DNA of 24,000 bases, from NCBI RefSeq assembly GCF_030271165.1, contig NZ_JASSZH010000012.1, forward strand, positions 24,139 to 48,138, in the 5' to 3' direction. This stretch comes from Psychromicrobium xiongbiense. Its GTDB lineage: Bacteria; Actinomycetota; Actinomycetes; Actinomycetales; Micrococcaceae. Shown here piece by piece: positions 1 to 9,038 of the stretch. Position 1 is the first letter of the stretch. The number at the start of each line of letters is the position of its first letter. A model generated the notes under the pieces. It saw only the letters and a list, made by a program, of their open reading frames with translations, did not search any database and was not told where the DNA came from. The position numbers and the translations under genes are program-made.

Positions 1-794
1 TGCAGTTCGGAAACTACCTGGCTCAGCTGGCCCGCTTCGATCTGGGCAACTCGATCACCAGCCACCTTCCGGTGGCCCCGGAACTGCTCCACCGACTCAA
101 TGTGACACTGCCGCTGACCCTGATTTCTTTCGTGCTCTCCGTGGTGATCGCACTGCCGGGCGGCTTTTTCGCTGGCTGGAAGTCCGGCACCTGGTACGGC
201 ACGGCGTTCTCCGCGCTGACCCAGCTGGGGGTCGCCATCCCAGTGTTCTGGGTGGGCATTCTGCTGATCCGCACCGTCTCCCTGCAATGGGGCATCCTGC
301 CGGCTGGCGGCTTCCCGAGCGCGGGCTGGGGCACCCCTGGTGAGGCGCTGCAGTCGCTTGCGCTGCCCGTGCTGACCATCGCCATCGTCTCCGGCAGTGA
401 TCTGGCCCGTTATGTGCGCAGTGCCACGCTCGACGTACTGGGCCAGAATTACCTGACGATGGCCCGGTCGATGGGCCAGAGCTTCCCGCAGGCCATCCTG
501 CGGCATGGCCTGCGCAACGGCATCGTTCCAGTGATCTCGATCCTGGCGATCCAGCTGGCTACGACCTTTGTCGGCGCAGTGCTGATCGAGACGGTGTTCG
601 CTCTGCCCGGGCTTGGCGGGCTGCTGCTCGCGGGTATCAAAGAGCAGGATTTCACCACCGTGCAAGGGGTGCTGTTGTTTTCCACCGTGATGGTGCTGGT
701 GCTCGGATTCCTGGCGGATCTGGCCCAGCGCCTCCTCGACCCTCGCTTGCGCGATTCGGTTTCCGGCAACCGGCGGGCCAGGGCGGCCGCATGA
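1..794 (+). CDS. ABC transporter permease, DppB/OppB-type (5' end outside window)
   Basis: The reading frame is open from nt 3 (QFGNYLAQLARFDLGNSITSHLPVAPELLHRL...), so the GTG at 72 in the ORF track is not the true start. The product is polytopic and hydrophobic. The stop overlaps the next start (ATGA at 791-794). Confidence 0.85.
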   Translation, partial: QFGNYLAQLARFDLGNSITSHLPVAPELLHRLNVTLPLTLISFVLSVVIALPGGFFAGWKSGTWYGTAFSALTQLGVAIPVFWVGILLIRTVSLQWGILPAGGFPSAGWGTPGEALQSLALPVLTIAIVSGSDLARYVRSATLDVLGQNYLTMARSMGQSFPQAILRHGLRNGIVPVISILAIQLATTFVGAVLIETVFALPGLGGLLLAGIKEQDFTTVQGVLLFSTVMVLVLGFLADLAQRLLDPRLRDSVSGNRRARAAA

Positions 795-1645
795 GCACCC
801 TGCAGCTGATACGCCTCCGACGCCCCGCGAGCCACCGCGCGCTGACCCTGTGGATCGGCGTGGTGCTGCTCGGCATCGTCGTCGTGATGGCCGTGGCCTC
901 CTTCGTGGCGCTGCCCTACGACCCCGCGGATACTACGGGTGGACGCCTCAAGGCGCCCTCAGCCGCACACTGGGCGGGTACCGATACCCTGGGCCGCGAT
1001 ATTTTCACCCAACTGCTGATCGGCGCCCGGTTAGCCCTCGCCGTCGGCGTCGGCTCGGTGCTGATCGCCGCGATCTGGGGCATCACTCTGGGCCTGCTGA
1101 TCGCCTATGCCTCCCGGTGGCTCGATGACGCCCTGACCAGCCTGCTCGACGTCGCGATCGCCTTCCCCACCCTGCTGCTGGCGATGCTGATCGTGATCTG
1201 GCACGGTGCCTCGCTCGAATCCGCGATCCTGGCCATCGGCCTGGCCGGTTCGGCGGTGATCGCCCGGCTCACCCGGGTGGTAGCCAAACGGGTGCTCGGT
1301 GCCTATTATGTGACCGCGGCACGGACCTCGGGCGCCCGCGGGCTTCAGCTTGTCTGGTGGCATGTGCTGCCGAATGTCTGGACGACGCTGATTGTGCCGC
1401 TGGCCCTGCAGTTCGGCGGCGCGGTGATCGCGGAAGCTTCGCTGTCCTATCTGGGGCTCGGTTCCCCTCCGCCGAACGCCTCCTGGGGCAAGCTCCTGCA
1501 GGAAGCGCAGGCCACCGTGCTGCTCCAGCCCACCAGCGCGATCCTGCCCGGGGTGATGATCGTGATCACCGCGATCGGCATCAACCTGCTGGCGGATGGC
1601 ATCCGCGATGTGGTGGATCCCACGGTGCGGGAGGGATCCCGATGA
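791..1645 (+). CDS. ABC transporter permease, DppC/OppC-type
   Basis: 284 aa. N-terminal TM helix followed by the HWAGTDTLGRDIFTQLLIGARL motif typical of DppC/OppC permeases. Coupled to both neighbours by ATGA overlaps at 791-794 and 1642-1645. Confidence 0.9.
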   Translation: MSTLQLIRLRRPASHRALTLWIGVVLLGIVVVMAVASFVALPYDPADTTGGRLKAPSAAHWAGTDTLGRDIFTQLLIGARLALAVGVGSVLIAAIWGITLGLLIAYASRWLDDALTSLLDVAIAFPTLLLAMLIVIWHGASLESAILAIGLAGSAVIARLTRVVAKRVLGAYYVTAARTSGARGLQLVWWHVLPNVWTTLIVPLALQFGGAVIAEASLSYLGLGSPPPNASWGKLLQEAQATVLLQPTSAILPGVMIVITAIGINLLADGIRDVVDPTVREGSR

Positions 1646-2460
1646 GTGAACGGCTTCTTCAGGTCAGCAATCTCAGCATCCGGACCGCCTCCCCGCGGGG
1701 GCAGAAAACCCTGGTCGAGGACGTCTCGCTGGAGCTGGCCTCCGGAGAGCGGCTCGGCCTGATCGGCGAATCCGGCTCCGGCAAGAGTCTCACCGCGCAC
1801 AGCATTCTGGGCCTGCTGCCCCGCTCGCTCAAGGCCTCCGGTACGGTGCGGCTGGCGGGTACGGACATCCTGGCCAGCCGGGATCGCGACCTCAACGCGG
1901 TGCGCGGCACGGTGGCCAGCGCCGTCTTCCAGGAGCCGCTGACGGCACTGGATCCGCTGATGCGCGTGGGCAAACAGCTCGCCTGGCCGATTGCCCGGCA
2001 CCAGGGTCTACGCGGAGCGGCCCTGCAGGCGGCTGTGCTGGAGGCCCTGACCGAAGTGCAGCTGCCCGCCCCTGAACGTATTGCCGCTTCTTATATTCAC
2101 CAGATTTCCGGCGGACAGCGGCAACGGGTGGCGATCGCCATGGCGCTTGCCTGCAAACCGCAGCTGCTGATTGCCGACGAGCCGACCACCGCCCTCGATG
2201 TGACCGTCCAGGCGGGCATCCTGGATCTGCTGGATGAGGCGGTCCGCGAGCGCTCGATGGCGATGATCTTCATCAGTCACGACCTGGCCGTCGTCTCCCG
2301 GGTCGCCCAGAAGGTGGTGGTCATGGAGGCCGGGCGCGTGGTGGAGCACGGCCTGGTCAGCGAGGTGCTGAACCATCCGCAGCACCTGTACACCCAGGCG
2401 CTCGTGGCCAACTCCCGGCGCCTGGAGAGTTATCTGCCACCTCTGGAGGAGGCCCGATGA
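1642..2460 (+). CDS. ABC transporter ATP-binding protein, DppD/OppD-type
   Basis: Start placed at ATG 1642 ([13 protein letters not shown]...), which overlaps the upstream stop. The 1357 start in the track adds an Arg/Ala-rich off-gene extension. Walker A GESGSGKS, signature ISGGQRQR, Walker [13 protein letters not shown]. Confidence 0.9.
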   Translation: MSERLLQVSNLSIRTASPRGQKTLVEDVSLELASGERLGLIGESGSGKSLTAHSILGLLPRSLKASGTVRLAGTDILASRDRDLNAVRGTVASAVFQEPLTALDPLMRVGKQLAWPIARHQGLRGAALQAAVLEALTEVQLPAPERIAASYIHQISGGQRQRVAIAMALACKPQLLIADEPTTALDVTVQAGILDLLDEAVRERSMAMIFISHDLAVVSRVAQKVVVMEAGRVVEHGLVSEVLNHPQHLYTQALVANSRRLESYLPPLEEAR

Positions 2461-3239
2461 GCGCCGCACCCAACCACACCTCGGTACTGGCGGCATCGAA
2501 TCTGGGCTTCCGCTACCCCGGCGCGGCCGCACCGGCGCTAGAGGGAATCACGCTGGACTTGCCCGCCGGCGTCAGCGTGGGCCTGGTGGGCGAATCCGGT
2601 TCCGGGAAGTCGACCATCGTGAACCTGCTGCTCGGTCTGCAGAGCCCCAGCAGCGGCTCGGTGACGTTCCGGGGTGCACCGCTGAACCTGCGGGACCGGC
2701 AGCAGATGCGCCAGTTCCGCCGTACCGTGCAGCCGGTGTTTCAGGATCCGTACTCCTCACTGGACCCGCGGCTGACCATTGGCCGCTCGGTCTCCGAGCC
2801 GCTGATCGCGCTCGGTCTCGCCACGGACCGGCAGGCCATCCGGAGCCGGGTGGAGGAGCTGCTGCTCGCCGTCGGGCTGGAACCGGCGATGGCGGACCGT
2901 TACCCGGCGGCGTTCTCCGGCGGCCAGCGCCAGCGGATCGCCATCGCCCGGGCGCTGGCACCGGAGCCGCAGGTCATTCTGGCCGACGAGCCAGTGAGCG
3001 CACTGGACGTGTCAGTGCGGATGCAGGTGATCGATCTGCTGCGAACGCTCGCGGAACAGCGCGGGCTCGGACTGCTGCTGGTCTCGCACGATCTGACGGT
3101 GATCGGGGCCTTGTGCCAGCGCCTGGTGGTGCTGGCAAACGGCCGGATGGTGGAGCAGGGTGAGACGGCCGAGGTGTTAGCCCGACCGCAGCACGCCTAC
3201 ACCCGGAAGCTGCTGACCGCCGTGCCACGCCTGCCCTGA
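2457..3239 (+). CDS. ABC transporter ATP-binding protein, DppF/OppF-type
   Basis: 260 aa. Walker [10 protein letters not shown], signature FSGGQRQR, Walker B ILADEPVSALD. ATGA overlap with the upstream gene at 2457-2460. Confidence 0.9.
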   Translation: MSAAPNHTSVLAASNLGFRYPGAAAPALEGITLDLPAGVSVGLVGESGSGKSTIVNLLLGLQSPSSGSVTFRGAPLNLRDRQQMRQFRRTVQPVFQDPYSSLDPRLTIGRSVSEPLIALGLATDRQAIRSRVEELLLAVGLEPAMADRYPAAFSGGQRQRIAIARALAPEPQVILADEPVSALDVSVRMQVIDLLRTLAEQRGLGLLLVSHDLTVIGALCQRLVVLANGRMVEQGETAEVLARPQHAYTRKLLTAVPRLP

Positions 3240-3275
3240 AAACTTCCCTGAAACTGCCCTGATCTGCTGACTCAG
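3231..3275. repeat. Degenerate 10-12 bp tandem repeat (CTGCCCTGAAAA / CTTCCCTGAAA / CTGCCCTGAT / CTGCTGACTCAG) filling the convergent spacer
   Basis: Read directly. CCCTGA occurs at 3234-3239 (containing the real stop of the 2457-3239 gene), 3246-3251 and 3257-3262. No stem-loop terminator is visible in the 32-bp gap. Confidence 0.6.
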
Positions 3276-4045
3276 ACCGGGACCCGGAGGACGTCCTTCC
3301 CGGCCTTGACGGCCAGATCCAGCGCTTTCGGATCGGCCAGGCTGGTGGACACGACGACGTCGAAATCCTGGATGAAGGCAATCCGGTAGGACCCGTCGCC
3401 AGGGAATTTGAGCGAGGTGGCCAGCAGGATGGACCGGTCTGCCACCTCGCGCATCCGTTGCTTGAGCCGGGCCTCCTGGGTCAGGTCTGTCACCACCGAG
3501 CCGTCCGGCCGGACGCCGGTACTGCTGATCACGGCGACGTCCGCACGGATCAGCGCCAGCGCTTCTTCGGTGAGCGGGCCGGAAAGCGTGCTGGGCTTGG
3601 CACCGACCAGTCCGCCGAGCAGGATCAGCGAAGTGACCGGATCATCGGCCAGCACCTTCAGCACCGAGAGGTTATTGGTGATCACGGTGACGGGGCGGCC
3701 ACGCAGTTGCCACGCCACCTGAAGGGTGGAATGCCCGATGTCCAGCAGGACGACGTCGCCGTCCTGGATGAGCCGGGCGGTCGCGATGGCGATCGCCACC
3801 TTTTCCTGAACATCCTCATCACGGTCTGCCGGCTCGGCGAGACCCGGGGCGATCTGGGGTGCCTGCTGGCTGGCCGTCGCTCCACCATGGACGCGCTGCA
3901 GTTGGCCGACGAGTTCAAGGCGCTCCAGGTCACGACGGATGGTCGATCCGCTCACCTCAAGGGTGTGGGCGAGTTCCTCCACCGTCACACTGCCCGCGTC
4001 ACGGAGCCGCGCAACGATGGCGGCTTCTCGCTGGTGTGTCAGCAC
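3272..4045 (-). CDS. DeoR/GlpR-family transcriptional regulator
   Basis: 257 aa with a GTG start preceded by GAAGGGAA. N-terminal HTH region ...VTVEELAHTLEVSGSTIRRDLERLE... followed by a DeoR C-terminal sugar-phosphate sensor-like domain. Divergent from the 4260-9847 operon. Confidence 0.9.
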   Translation of the reverse strand: MLTHQREAAIVARLRDAGSVTVEELAHTLEVSGSTIRRDLERLELVGQLQRVHGGATASQQAPQIAPGLAEPADRDEDVQEKVAIAIATARLIQDGDVVLLDIGHSTLQVAWQLRGRPVTVITNNLSVLKVLADDPVTSLILLGGLVGAKPSTLSGPLTEEALALIRADVAVISSTGVRPDGSVVTDLTQEARLKQRMREVADRSILLATSLKFPGDGSYRIAFIQDFDVVVSTSLADPKALDLAVKAGKDVLRVPV

Positions 4046-4088
4046 GCGTCATTCCCTTCTCCGCAGTTGGCTCAATTACACCATGATT

Positions 4089-4177
4089 CTGCGCATTTTC
4101 GCTCAGATTAACGCTCAGTGAACGGTTCACGGCGCTTGAGTGAAAGATAATGCGCAGTTATTGCCAATAATACGCAG
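4089..4177. promoter_or_regulatory. Candidate operator/promoter region between the DeoR gene and the ABC operon
   Basis: AT-rich relative to the flanks. There are three copies of AATRCGCAG: CTGCGCATT at 4089-4097 (inverted), ATAATGCGCAG at 4147-4157 and ATAATACGCAG at 4167-4177 (direct, 20 bp apart). A perfect 6-1-6 palindrome GTGAACgGTTCAC lies at 4118-4130, and CGCTCAG is repeated at 4100-4106 and 4112-4118. Confidence 0.4.
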
Positions 4178-4259
4178 GACTGATGTGCTGGCACTGTTCA
4201 GCCCTCGCTGTTCACCCCAAAGCTGCGAACGCTCATTCCCCCTACACAGGAGTCTTCCC

Positions 4260-5414
4260 GTGAAACTCTCCCGCCTGATGGCGCCCCTCGCGGCCCTGGC
4301 TGTGGCCTCGCTGGCACTGGCCGGCTGCTCCCAGGGCTCTTCCTCCTCGTCCTCCGCTTCTGACGGTTCCGCTCAGAAGCTCACGGTGTTCCTCAGTGCA
4401 GACACCAATATCCAGGATCTCTGGCAGAAAACCCTGATCCCGGCCTTCCAGAAGGCAAACCCGGGATACACCGTCTCGGTGGACCTGGATCTCCATGGCC
4501 TGCACGACCAGCAGACCGTGGCCAAACTGACCGCCGCGACGGTGCAGCACAAAGACCCGGGCTATGACCTGGTCGATGCCGGCTTTGTCTCCCAGGTGGC
4601 CGCGAGTGGCCTGCTCGCCCCCGTGAGTTCCAGCGATATTCCTGAGCTCAAGGATGTTCCGGCCGATCTGGTGAGTGCCGGCGGCAACGGCGGCATCCCC
4701 TACCGCGGATCCAGCGTCGTGCTCGCCTATGACACCAAAACCGTCCCCACTCCGCCCAAGACCCTGGATGATCTGCTCAGCTGGATCAAGGCGAACCCCG
4801 GTAAGTTCACCTACAACACCCCGGACTCCGGAGGCAGCGGACAGGCCTTCGTGACAACGGTGCTGGACAAGACGATTCCGGCAGACCAGCGCACCAAGAT
4901 GGCGACCAGCTATGCTCCCGAGACGGAGACCGCCTGGAACGACGGCTTCGCCACACTGGCCGGGCTGAATCCCTATGTGTACCAGAAGGGTGTCTACCCC
5001 AATGGGAACAACCAGGTGCTGGATCTGCTCTCCAGCGGTCAGATCTCGATGGCACCGGTCTGGAGCGACCAGTTCGTCACCGGCAAGAAGAACGGGCACA
5101 TCCCGGACACGGTCGGCTACACGCAGATCTCTGATCCCTCCTTCACCGGTGGTGCCAGCTACCTCGGCATCCCCTCCGCCTCGCCGCGCCAGGAAGGCGC
5201 CAGGAAACTCGTCTCCTGGCTGCTGAGCCCCGCCGCGCAGGCACTGGTCGCCGACAGCATCTCCGGCTACCCCGTCATCGCGCTCGACAAACTGCCCGCC
5301 TCGGTGCAGAGCCTGTTCAAGGACGCCGACATCGCCCACCTGCGCCCCTCCTACTTCGCCTCGATGAGTTCCGATCTGAACAAGAACTGGTCCCAGAAGG
5401 TCCCCGGCAAATGA
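4260..5414 (+). CDS. ABC transporter substrate-binding lipoprotein (family-1 SBP, PotD/AfuA-like; ligand unknown)
   Basis: Start placed at GTG 4260, with AGGAG 7 nt upstream. This gives VKLSRLMAPLAALAVASLALAGC: a signal peptide with lipobox LAGC followed by a Ser-rich linker. The 4140 start in the track lies in the AT-rich control region and gives no signal peptide. Confidence 0.85.
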   Translation: MKLSRLMAPLAALAVASLALAGCSQGSSSSSSASDGSAQKLTVFLSADTNIQDLWQKTLIPAFQKANPGYTVSVDLDLHGLHDQQTVAKLTAATVQHKDPGYDLVDAGFVSQVAASGLLAPVSSSDIPELKDVPADLVSAGGNGGIPYRGSSVVLAYDTKTVPTPPKTLDDLLSWIKANPGKFTYNTPDSGGSGQAFVTTVLDKTIPADQRTKMATSYAPETETAWNDGFATLAGLNPYVYQKGVYPNGNNQVLDLLSSGQISMAPVWSDQFVTGKKNGHIPDTVGYTQISDPSFTGGASYLGIPSASPRQEGARKLVSWLLSPAAQALVADSISGYPVIALDKLPASVQSLFKDADIAHLRPSYFASMSSDLNKNWSQKVPGK

Positions 5415-6358
5415 CCAGCATCCCTAGGGATCACCCGCTGACCTCCGGGCACAGCGCCGCCCGGACGGCCAGATGGTCCTCCGTCCAGGGCTTCCTCCTC
5501 GCTCTGCCGCCCATCGTGGTGATCCTAGTGTTCATTGGGGTTCCGGTGCTGCTGGCGCTGGGTTTCAGCGTCGGGTTCACCGGCGGCCTCAACTCGGTGA
5601 TCGCCGCCGTGGGCCAGAATGTGCACCGTGGCGACGGCCTGGCGCCCAGCTTCGGTGCCTACGGGGATGTCTTCAGCACCGAGGAATTCTGGCGAAATCT
5701 GGGGTTGACCCTCCTGGTCACCCTGGCGAGCACCGTCATCGTGATGGTGCTCGCCGGGGGGATCGGGCTGTATCTGCGCCTGCACGGCGGCTGGCTGGCC
5801 CGCCTGCTCTCCGCCGTGTCGATGGTGCCGCTGTTCATCCCGGTCGTCATCGCCTCCTGGGCCATTCTGACCTTCTATTCGGCAGACGGCTTCCTGCGCA
5901 GCCTGCTGGCGCAGCTCGGCGTCGACGGCCCGGTCTGGTCCTACTCGGTCGTCGCGATCGTGATCGGATCGGCCTGGACCTCGCTGCCCTTCGCCGTCCT
6001 GATGATCAGTTCCGGCCTGCAGTCCATTCCAGATGCACTGATCGACGCCGCCCGCGATGCTGGTGCGGGTACGGTGCGGATCGTCCGAACCATCCTGGTG
6101 CCGATGAGCACTGTTCCGCTGGTCATCGCGGTGACCTTCACCGCCATCGGCGTGATCGGCTCCTACACCGTGCCCTACTTCACCGGCCCGAACTCGCCGA
6201 CGATGCTCGGAGTGTCCCTGGCCAACTACTTCACCTCCTACAACCAGCCGCAGCAGTCCCTGGTGATGGCCTTCGTCGTCTTCCTGGTCGCCTCCGGCAT
6301 CGGCGCACTATACGTCTGGGCGAATTTCCGTAGCGCCCGACGCGAAGGGAAAGTGTGA
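5411..6358 (+). CDS. ABC transporter permease (PotB-like)
   Basis: 315 aa, multi-TM. EAA-loop motif IPDALIDAARDAGAGTVRIVRTILVP. ATGA overlap with the SBP gene at 5411-5414. Confidence 0.9.
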   Translation: MTSIPRDHPLTSGHSAARTARWSSVQGFLLALPPIVVILVFIGVPVLLALGFSVGFTGGLNSVIAAVGQNVHRGDGLAPSFGAYGDVFSTEEFWRNLGLTLLVTLASTVIVMVLAGGIGLYLRLHGGWLARLLSAVSMVPLFIPVVIASWAILTFYSADGFLRSLLAQLGVDGPVWSYSVVAIVIGSAWTSLPFAVLMISSGLQSIPDALIDAARDAGAGTVRIVRTILVPMSTVPLVIAVTFTAIGVIGSYTVPYFTGPNSPTMLGVSLANYFTSYNQPQQSLVMAFVVFLVASGIGALYVWANFRSARREGKV

Positions 6359-7185
6359 TGCGCTCTTCTCCGTCGCTGGCCAGGCTGCTCCGGAATCTCG
6401 GAGTCGCCGCCTTCGCCCTGCTGCTGCTGACCTTTGTGCTGGGACCGCTGCTCTGGCTGGGTACCCATGCTTTTGCGGGCACCTGGACCTACCCGAATCT
6501 CGGGCCGGATTCCTGGACGCTGCGCTGGTGGGAGGCGGTGTTCACCGACGCCGGTCTCGGCCAGGCGGTGCAGAACTCGCTGCTGATCTCCCCGGTCGTC
6601 GTCCTGTGTTCAGCGCTCATCTGCCTGCCCGCGGCCTACGCCTTTGCGCGGTTCGAGTTCCCGGGGAGGCGGGCCTTTCTGATCGGGTTGTTCGCCACCA
6701 ATGCGTTCCCCCGGATGGGCCTCTTCGCCACCCTTGCCTCGCTCTACTACGCCCTCGGGCTGATGAACACCGTGGTCGGCATCGTGATCGTGCAGTTGCT
6801 CGGCACCATCGTCTTCATGACCTGGATTCCGGCGGCGGCCTTCTCCGCCGTGCCGCGATCCCTCGAAGAGGCTGCGCGCGATGCCGGCGCCTCCCGGCTG
6901 CGAGTGTTCTTCACCGTCACGCTCCGGCTCGCCCTGCCCGGCATTCTGGTCGGCGCGGTGATGGCGTTTCTGGCGGCCTTCGATGAGGCTCAGGGCACCT
7001 ATCTGGTGGGCGCTCCCGATGTGCTGACCATGCCCACCGAGATGTACACCCTGGTGCTCAATTACCCCAAACAGGTGGCCGCGGTCTTCTCGATTCTGCT
7101 CGCCATCCCTTCGGTGGTGCTGCTGCTCGCCGTGCGTAAGCACGTCATGGGCGGACAGCTCGCCGAAGGCTTCCAACTCAAGTAA
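6355..7185 (+). CDS. ABC transporter permease (PotC-like)
   Basis: 276 aa, multi-TM. EAA-loop VPRSLEEAARDAGASRLRVFFTVTLRLALPG. GTGA overlap at 6355-6358; an alternative ATG lies at 6358. Confidence 0.9.
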   Translation: MMRSSPSLARLLRNLGVAAFALLLLTFVLGPLLWLGTHAFAGTWTYPNLGPDSWTLRWWEAVFTDAGLGQAVQNSLLISPVVVLCSALICLPAAYAFARFEFPGRRAFLIGLFATNAFPRMGLFATLASLYYALGLMNTVVGIVIVQLLGTIVFMTWIPAAAFSAVPRSLEEAARDAGASRLRVFFTVTLRLALPGILVGAVMAFLAAFDEAQGTYLVGAPDVLTMPTEMYTLVLNYPKQVAAVFSILLAIPSVVLLLAVRKHVMGGQLAEGFQLK

Positions 7186-7197
7186 GTCCAGCAAAGG

Positions 7198-8253
7198 ATG
7201 CCCATGACTTCCCTCCCCGATGCGCCGTCCGACGGGTTGCAGCTACGTTCACTGCATAAAGAACTCGGCGGACGCACCATCATCGACCAGCTCGATCTCA
7301 CCGTGGAACCCGGCGAACTGGTCTCCCTGCTCGGCCCCTCCGGCTGCGGTAAGACCACCACGCTGCGGATGATCGCAGGCTTTCTGGCACCCGATGGTGG
7401 CAGCATCCGGATGGGCGGGCGTGACGTCACGGCGCTCGGGCCGGACAAGCGGCCCAGTGCGATGGTGTTCCAGAACTACGCACTCTGGCCGCATATGACG
7501 GTGACCAGAAACGTCTCCTACCCGCTGCGGCTGCGTCGGCTGCCGCGTGCCGAGATCACTGAACGCGTCCAGCAGGTGCTCAGACTGGTGAACCTGCTGC
7601 ATCACCGGGATTCCCGTCCGGCGCGGATTTCCGGCGGTGAACAGCAGCGCGTGGCCCTGGCCAGAGCTCTGGTTCAGGAGCCCTCGGTGCTGCTGCTCGA
7701 CGAGCCGTTGAGCAATCTGGATGCGAAACTGCGCGTCAAGGTCCGTGAGGACATCCGGGAGATCCAGCAGCGGCTGGGAATCACCACGGTGATCGTCACG
7801 CACGATCAGGAGGAAGCACTGTCCATCTCGGACCGGGTGGCCGTGATGAATGCTGGGCGGATTGAGCAGTTCACCACCCCGGATGAGCTCTACACGCGTC
7901 CGGCCACCGAATTCGTCGCGACCTTCATCGGCTCGCTCAATCGCTTCGAAGGGACCTTCGACGGTACCCGTATCCTGCCCTCCACCACCGAAGGCGATGT
8001 GGTGGGTGTGCGGCCCGAACACGTGAGCTACTCCAGTTCGCCGCTGCCATCGTCGCTGCCCGCCGTCGTCGAGGGCGTGGTGCCGCACGGGCACTTCCAC
8101 GAGCTGCGGTTGCGGCGCGAGGATGTCACGGTGCGCGCCTACCACTCCGGTGTCCCGCCGCAGCGGGGCGATGCCGGCCACGCCAGCATCACGAGCGCCC
8201 TGCACTTCCGGGACGGCCGGCTGGTGGATCAGCGGACGGCGGTGCCCGCATGA
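7198..8253 (+). CDS. ABC transporter ATP-binding protein (PotA/FbpC/MalK-like, with C-terminal regulatory/TOBE-like extension)
   Basis: Walker A GPSGCGKTT, signature ISGGEQQR, Walker B LLLDEPLSNLD. ATG 7204 is an equally good or better start, because AAGG at 7194-7197 is then 6 nt upstream. Confidence 0.9.
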   Translation: MPMTSLPDAPSDGLQLRSLHKELGGRTIIDQLDLTVEPGELVSLLGPSGCGKTTTLRMIAGFLAPDGGSIRMGGRDVTALGPDKRPSAMVFQNYALWPHMTVTRNVSYPLRLRRLPRAEITERVQQVLRLVNLLHHRDSRPARISGGEQQRVALARALVQEPSVLLLDEPLSNLDAKLRVKVREDIREIQQRLGITTVIVTHDQEEALSISDRVAVMNAGRIEQFTTPDELYTRPATEFVATFIGSLNRFEGTFDGTRILPSTTEGDVVGVRPEHVSYSSSPLPSSLPAVVEGVVPHGHFHELRLRREDVTVRAYHSGVPPQRGDAGHASITSALHFRDGRLVDQRTAVPA

Positions 8254-9038
8254 GCGCTCCCCTGCCGCTGAACACACCCGTCCCGATCCGCGCCCCTGCC
8301 CCGACGAGCACGCAGGCCTCCGCTCACCGGGGAGATTCCAGCAGGTTCCGGGAAAACACCCTGTCCGCCGTGCGCTCGGCCATCGACAAGGGCTCGGAGA
8401 TCGTGGAGATCGACGTCCGGCTGAGCGCCAGCGGTGACGTCGTCGTCCTGCATGATCCGACGTTGGAGCGGCTCTGGGGCCTCCCTCGTCCGATCTCCGA
8501 GGTGCCGACCGCCGAACTGCTCAGCTGGGGGCCGCCGGATACCCGGCCACCACTGCTCGCCGAGCTGCTCCCGCTCTTCCAGGAGGCGGTCTCGCGGGGC
8601 CTGACCAGCCGGCTCGTCATCGACATGGAGCAGGCAGAGTTTGCCGTGCCCTCGCTGAGGGTGACGCGCGCGGCCGGGATCGTCACCGACTGGTGCGGCG
8701 ATCTTGCGGCAATGCGCCTGCTCCGCGAGCTCGATGCCGAGGCCCGGCTCTGGCTACCCTGGGATCGGAGCACGGCGCCCAGCCCGGCGGAATGGTCCGA
8801 GCTGAGGCCGGTCACGGTCAACATGCCGTTCCAGCTGGTGGATGCGGCGATGGTGGAGGCCGTGCACGCGCTGGGCAGCACCGTGACGGTGTGGACGGTG
8901 GACGAGCGCGAGGACCTGGCCAGGATGATCTCGCTGGGAGTGGACACCATCACGACCAACCAGCTGGACCTTTTGCAGGAGTTGCTGCAGGCGGCATCGC
9001 TGCCTGAGGCCAAAGTACGCGGCGAGGTGAAGGCATGA
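8250..9038 (+). CDS. Glycerophosphodiester phosphodiesterase family protein (UgpQ/GDPD-like)
   Basis: 262 aa. GDPD signature AHRGDSSRFRENTLSAVRSAIDKGSEIVEIDVRLSASGDVVVLHD. ATGA overlap with the ATPase gene at 8250-8253. Confidence 0.88.
   Translation: MSAPLPLNTPVPIRAPAPTSTQASAHRGDSSRFRENTLSAVRSAIDKGSEIVEIDVRLSASGDVVVLHDPTLERLWGLPRPISEVPTAELLSWGPPDTRPPLLAELLPLFQEAVSRGLTSRLVIDMEQAEFAVPSLRVTRAAGIVTDWCGDLAAMRLLRELDAEARLWLPWDRSTAPSPAEWSELRPVTVNMPFQLVDAAMVEAVHALGSTVTVWTVDEREDLARMISLGVDTITTNQLDLLQELLQAASLPEAKVRGEVKA

Noticed and set aside
1357-1641. N-terminal extension of the first ATPase ORF (start at 1357)
   Set aside because: The extension overlaps the 3' third of the permease gene in another frame and is Arg/Ala/Gly-rich. 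ATG 1642 gives a canonical ABC ATPase N-terminus and an ATGA coupling overlap.
4140-4259. Upstream GTG start for the SBP (MKDNAQLLPIIRR...)
   Set aside because: It lies in the AT-rich regulatory region and would bury the signal peptide and lipobox 40 residues inside the protein. GTG 4260 has an AGGAG Shine-Dalgarno sequence.
5473-6333. 286-aa same-strand alternative-frame ORF inside the first Pot-like permease gene
   Set aside because: The translation is Arg/Pro/Gly-rich with no TM segments or motifs. The overlapping frame encodes a bona fide permease with an EAA loop.
4242-8277. Long antisense ORFs 4242..5339, 6610..7194 and 7249..8277 opposite the ABC operon
   Set aside because: All lie opposite genes with strong family signatures and have the composition typical of antisense frames in GC-rich DNA. 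None has a plausible RBS or start context.
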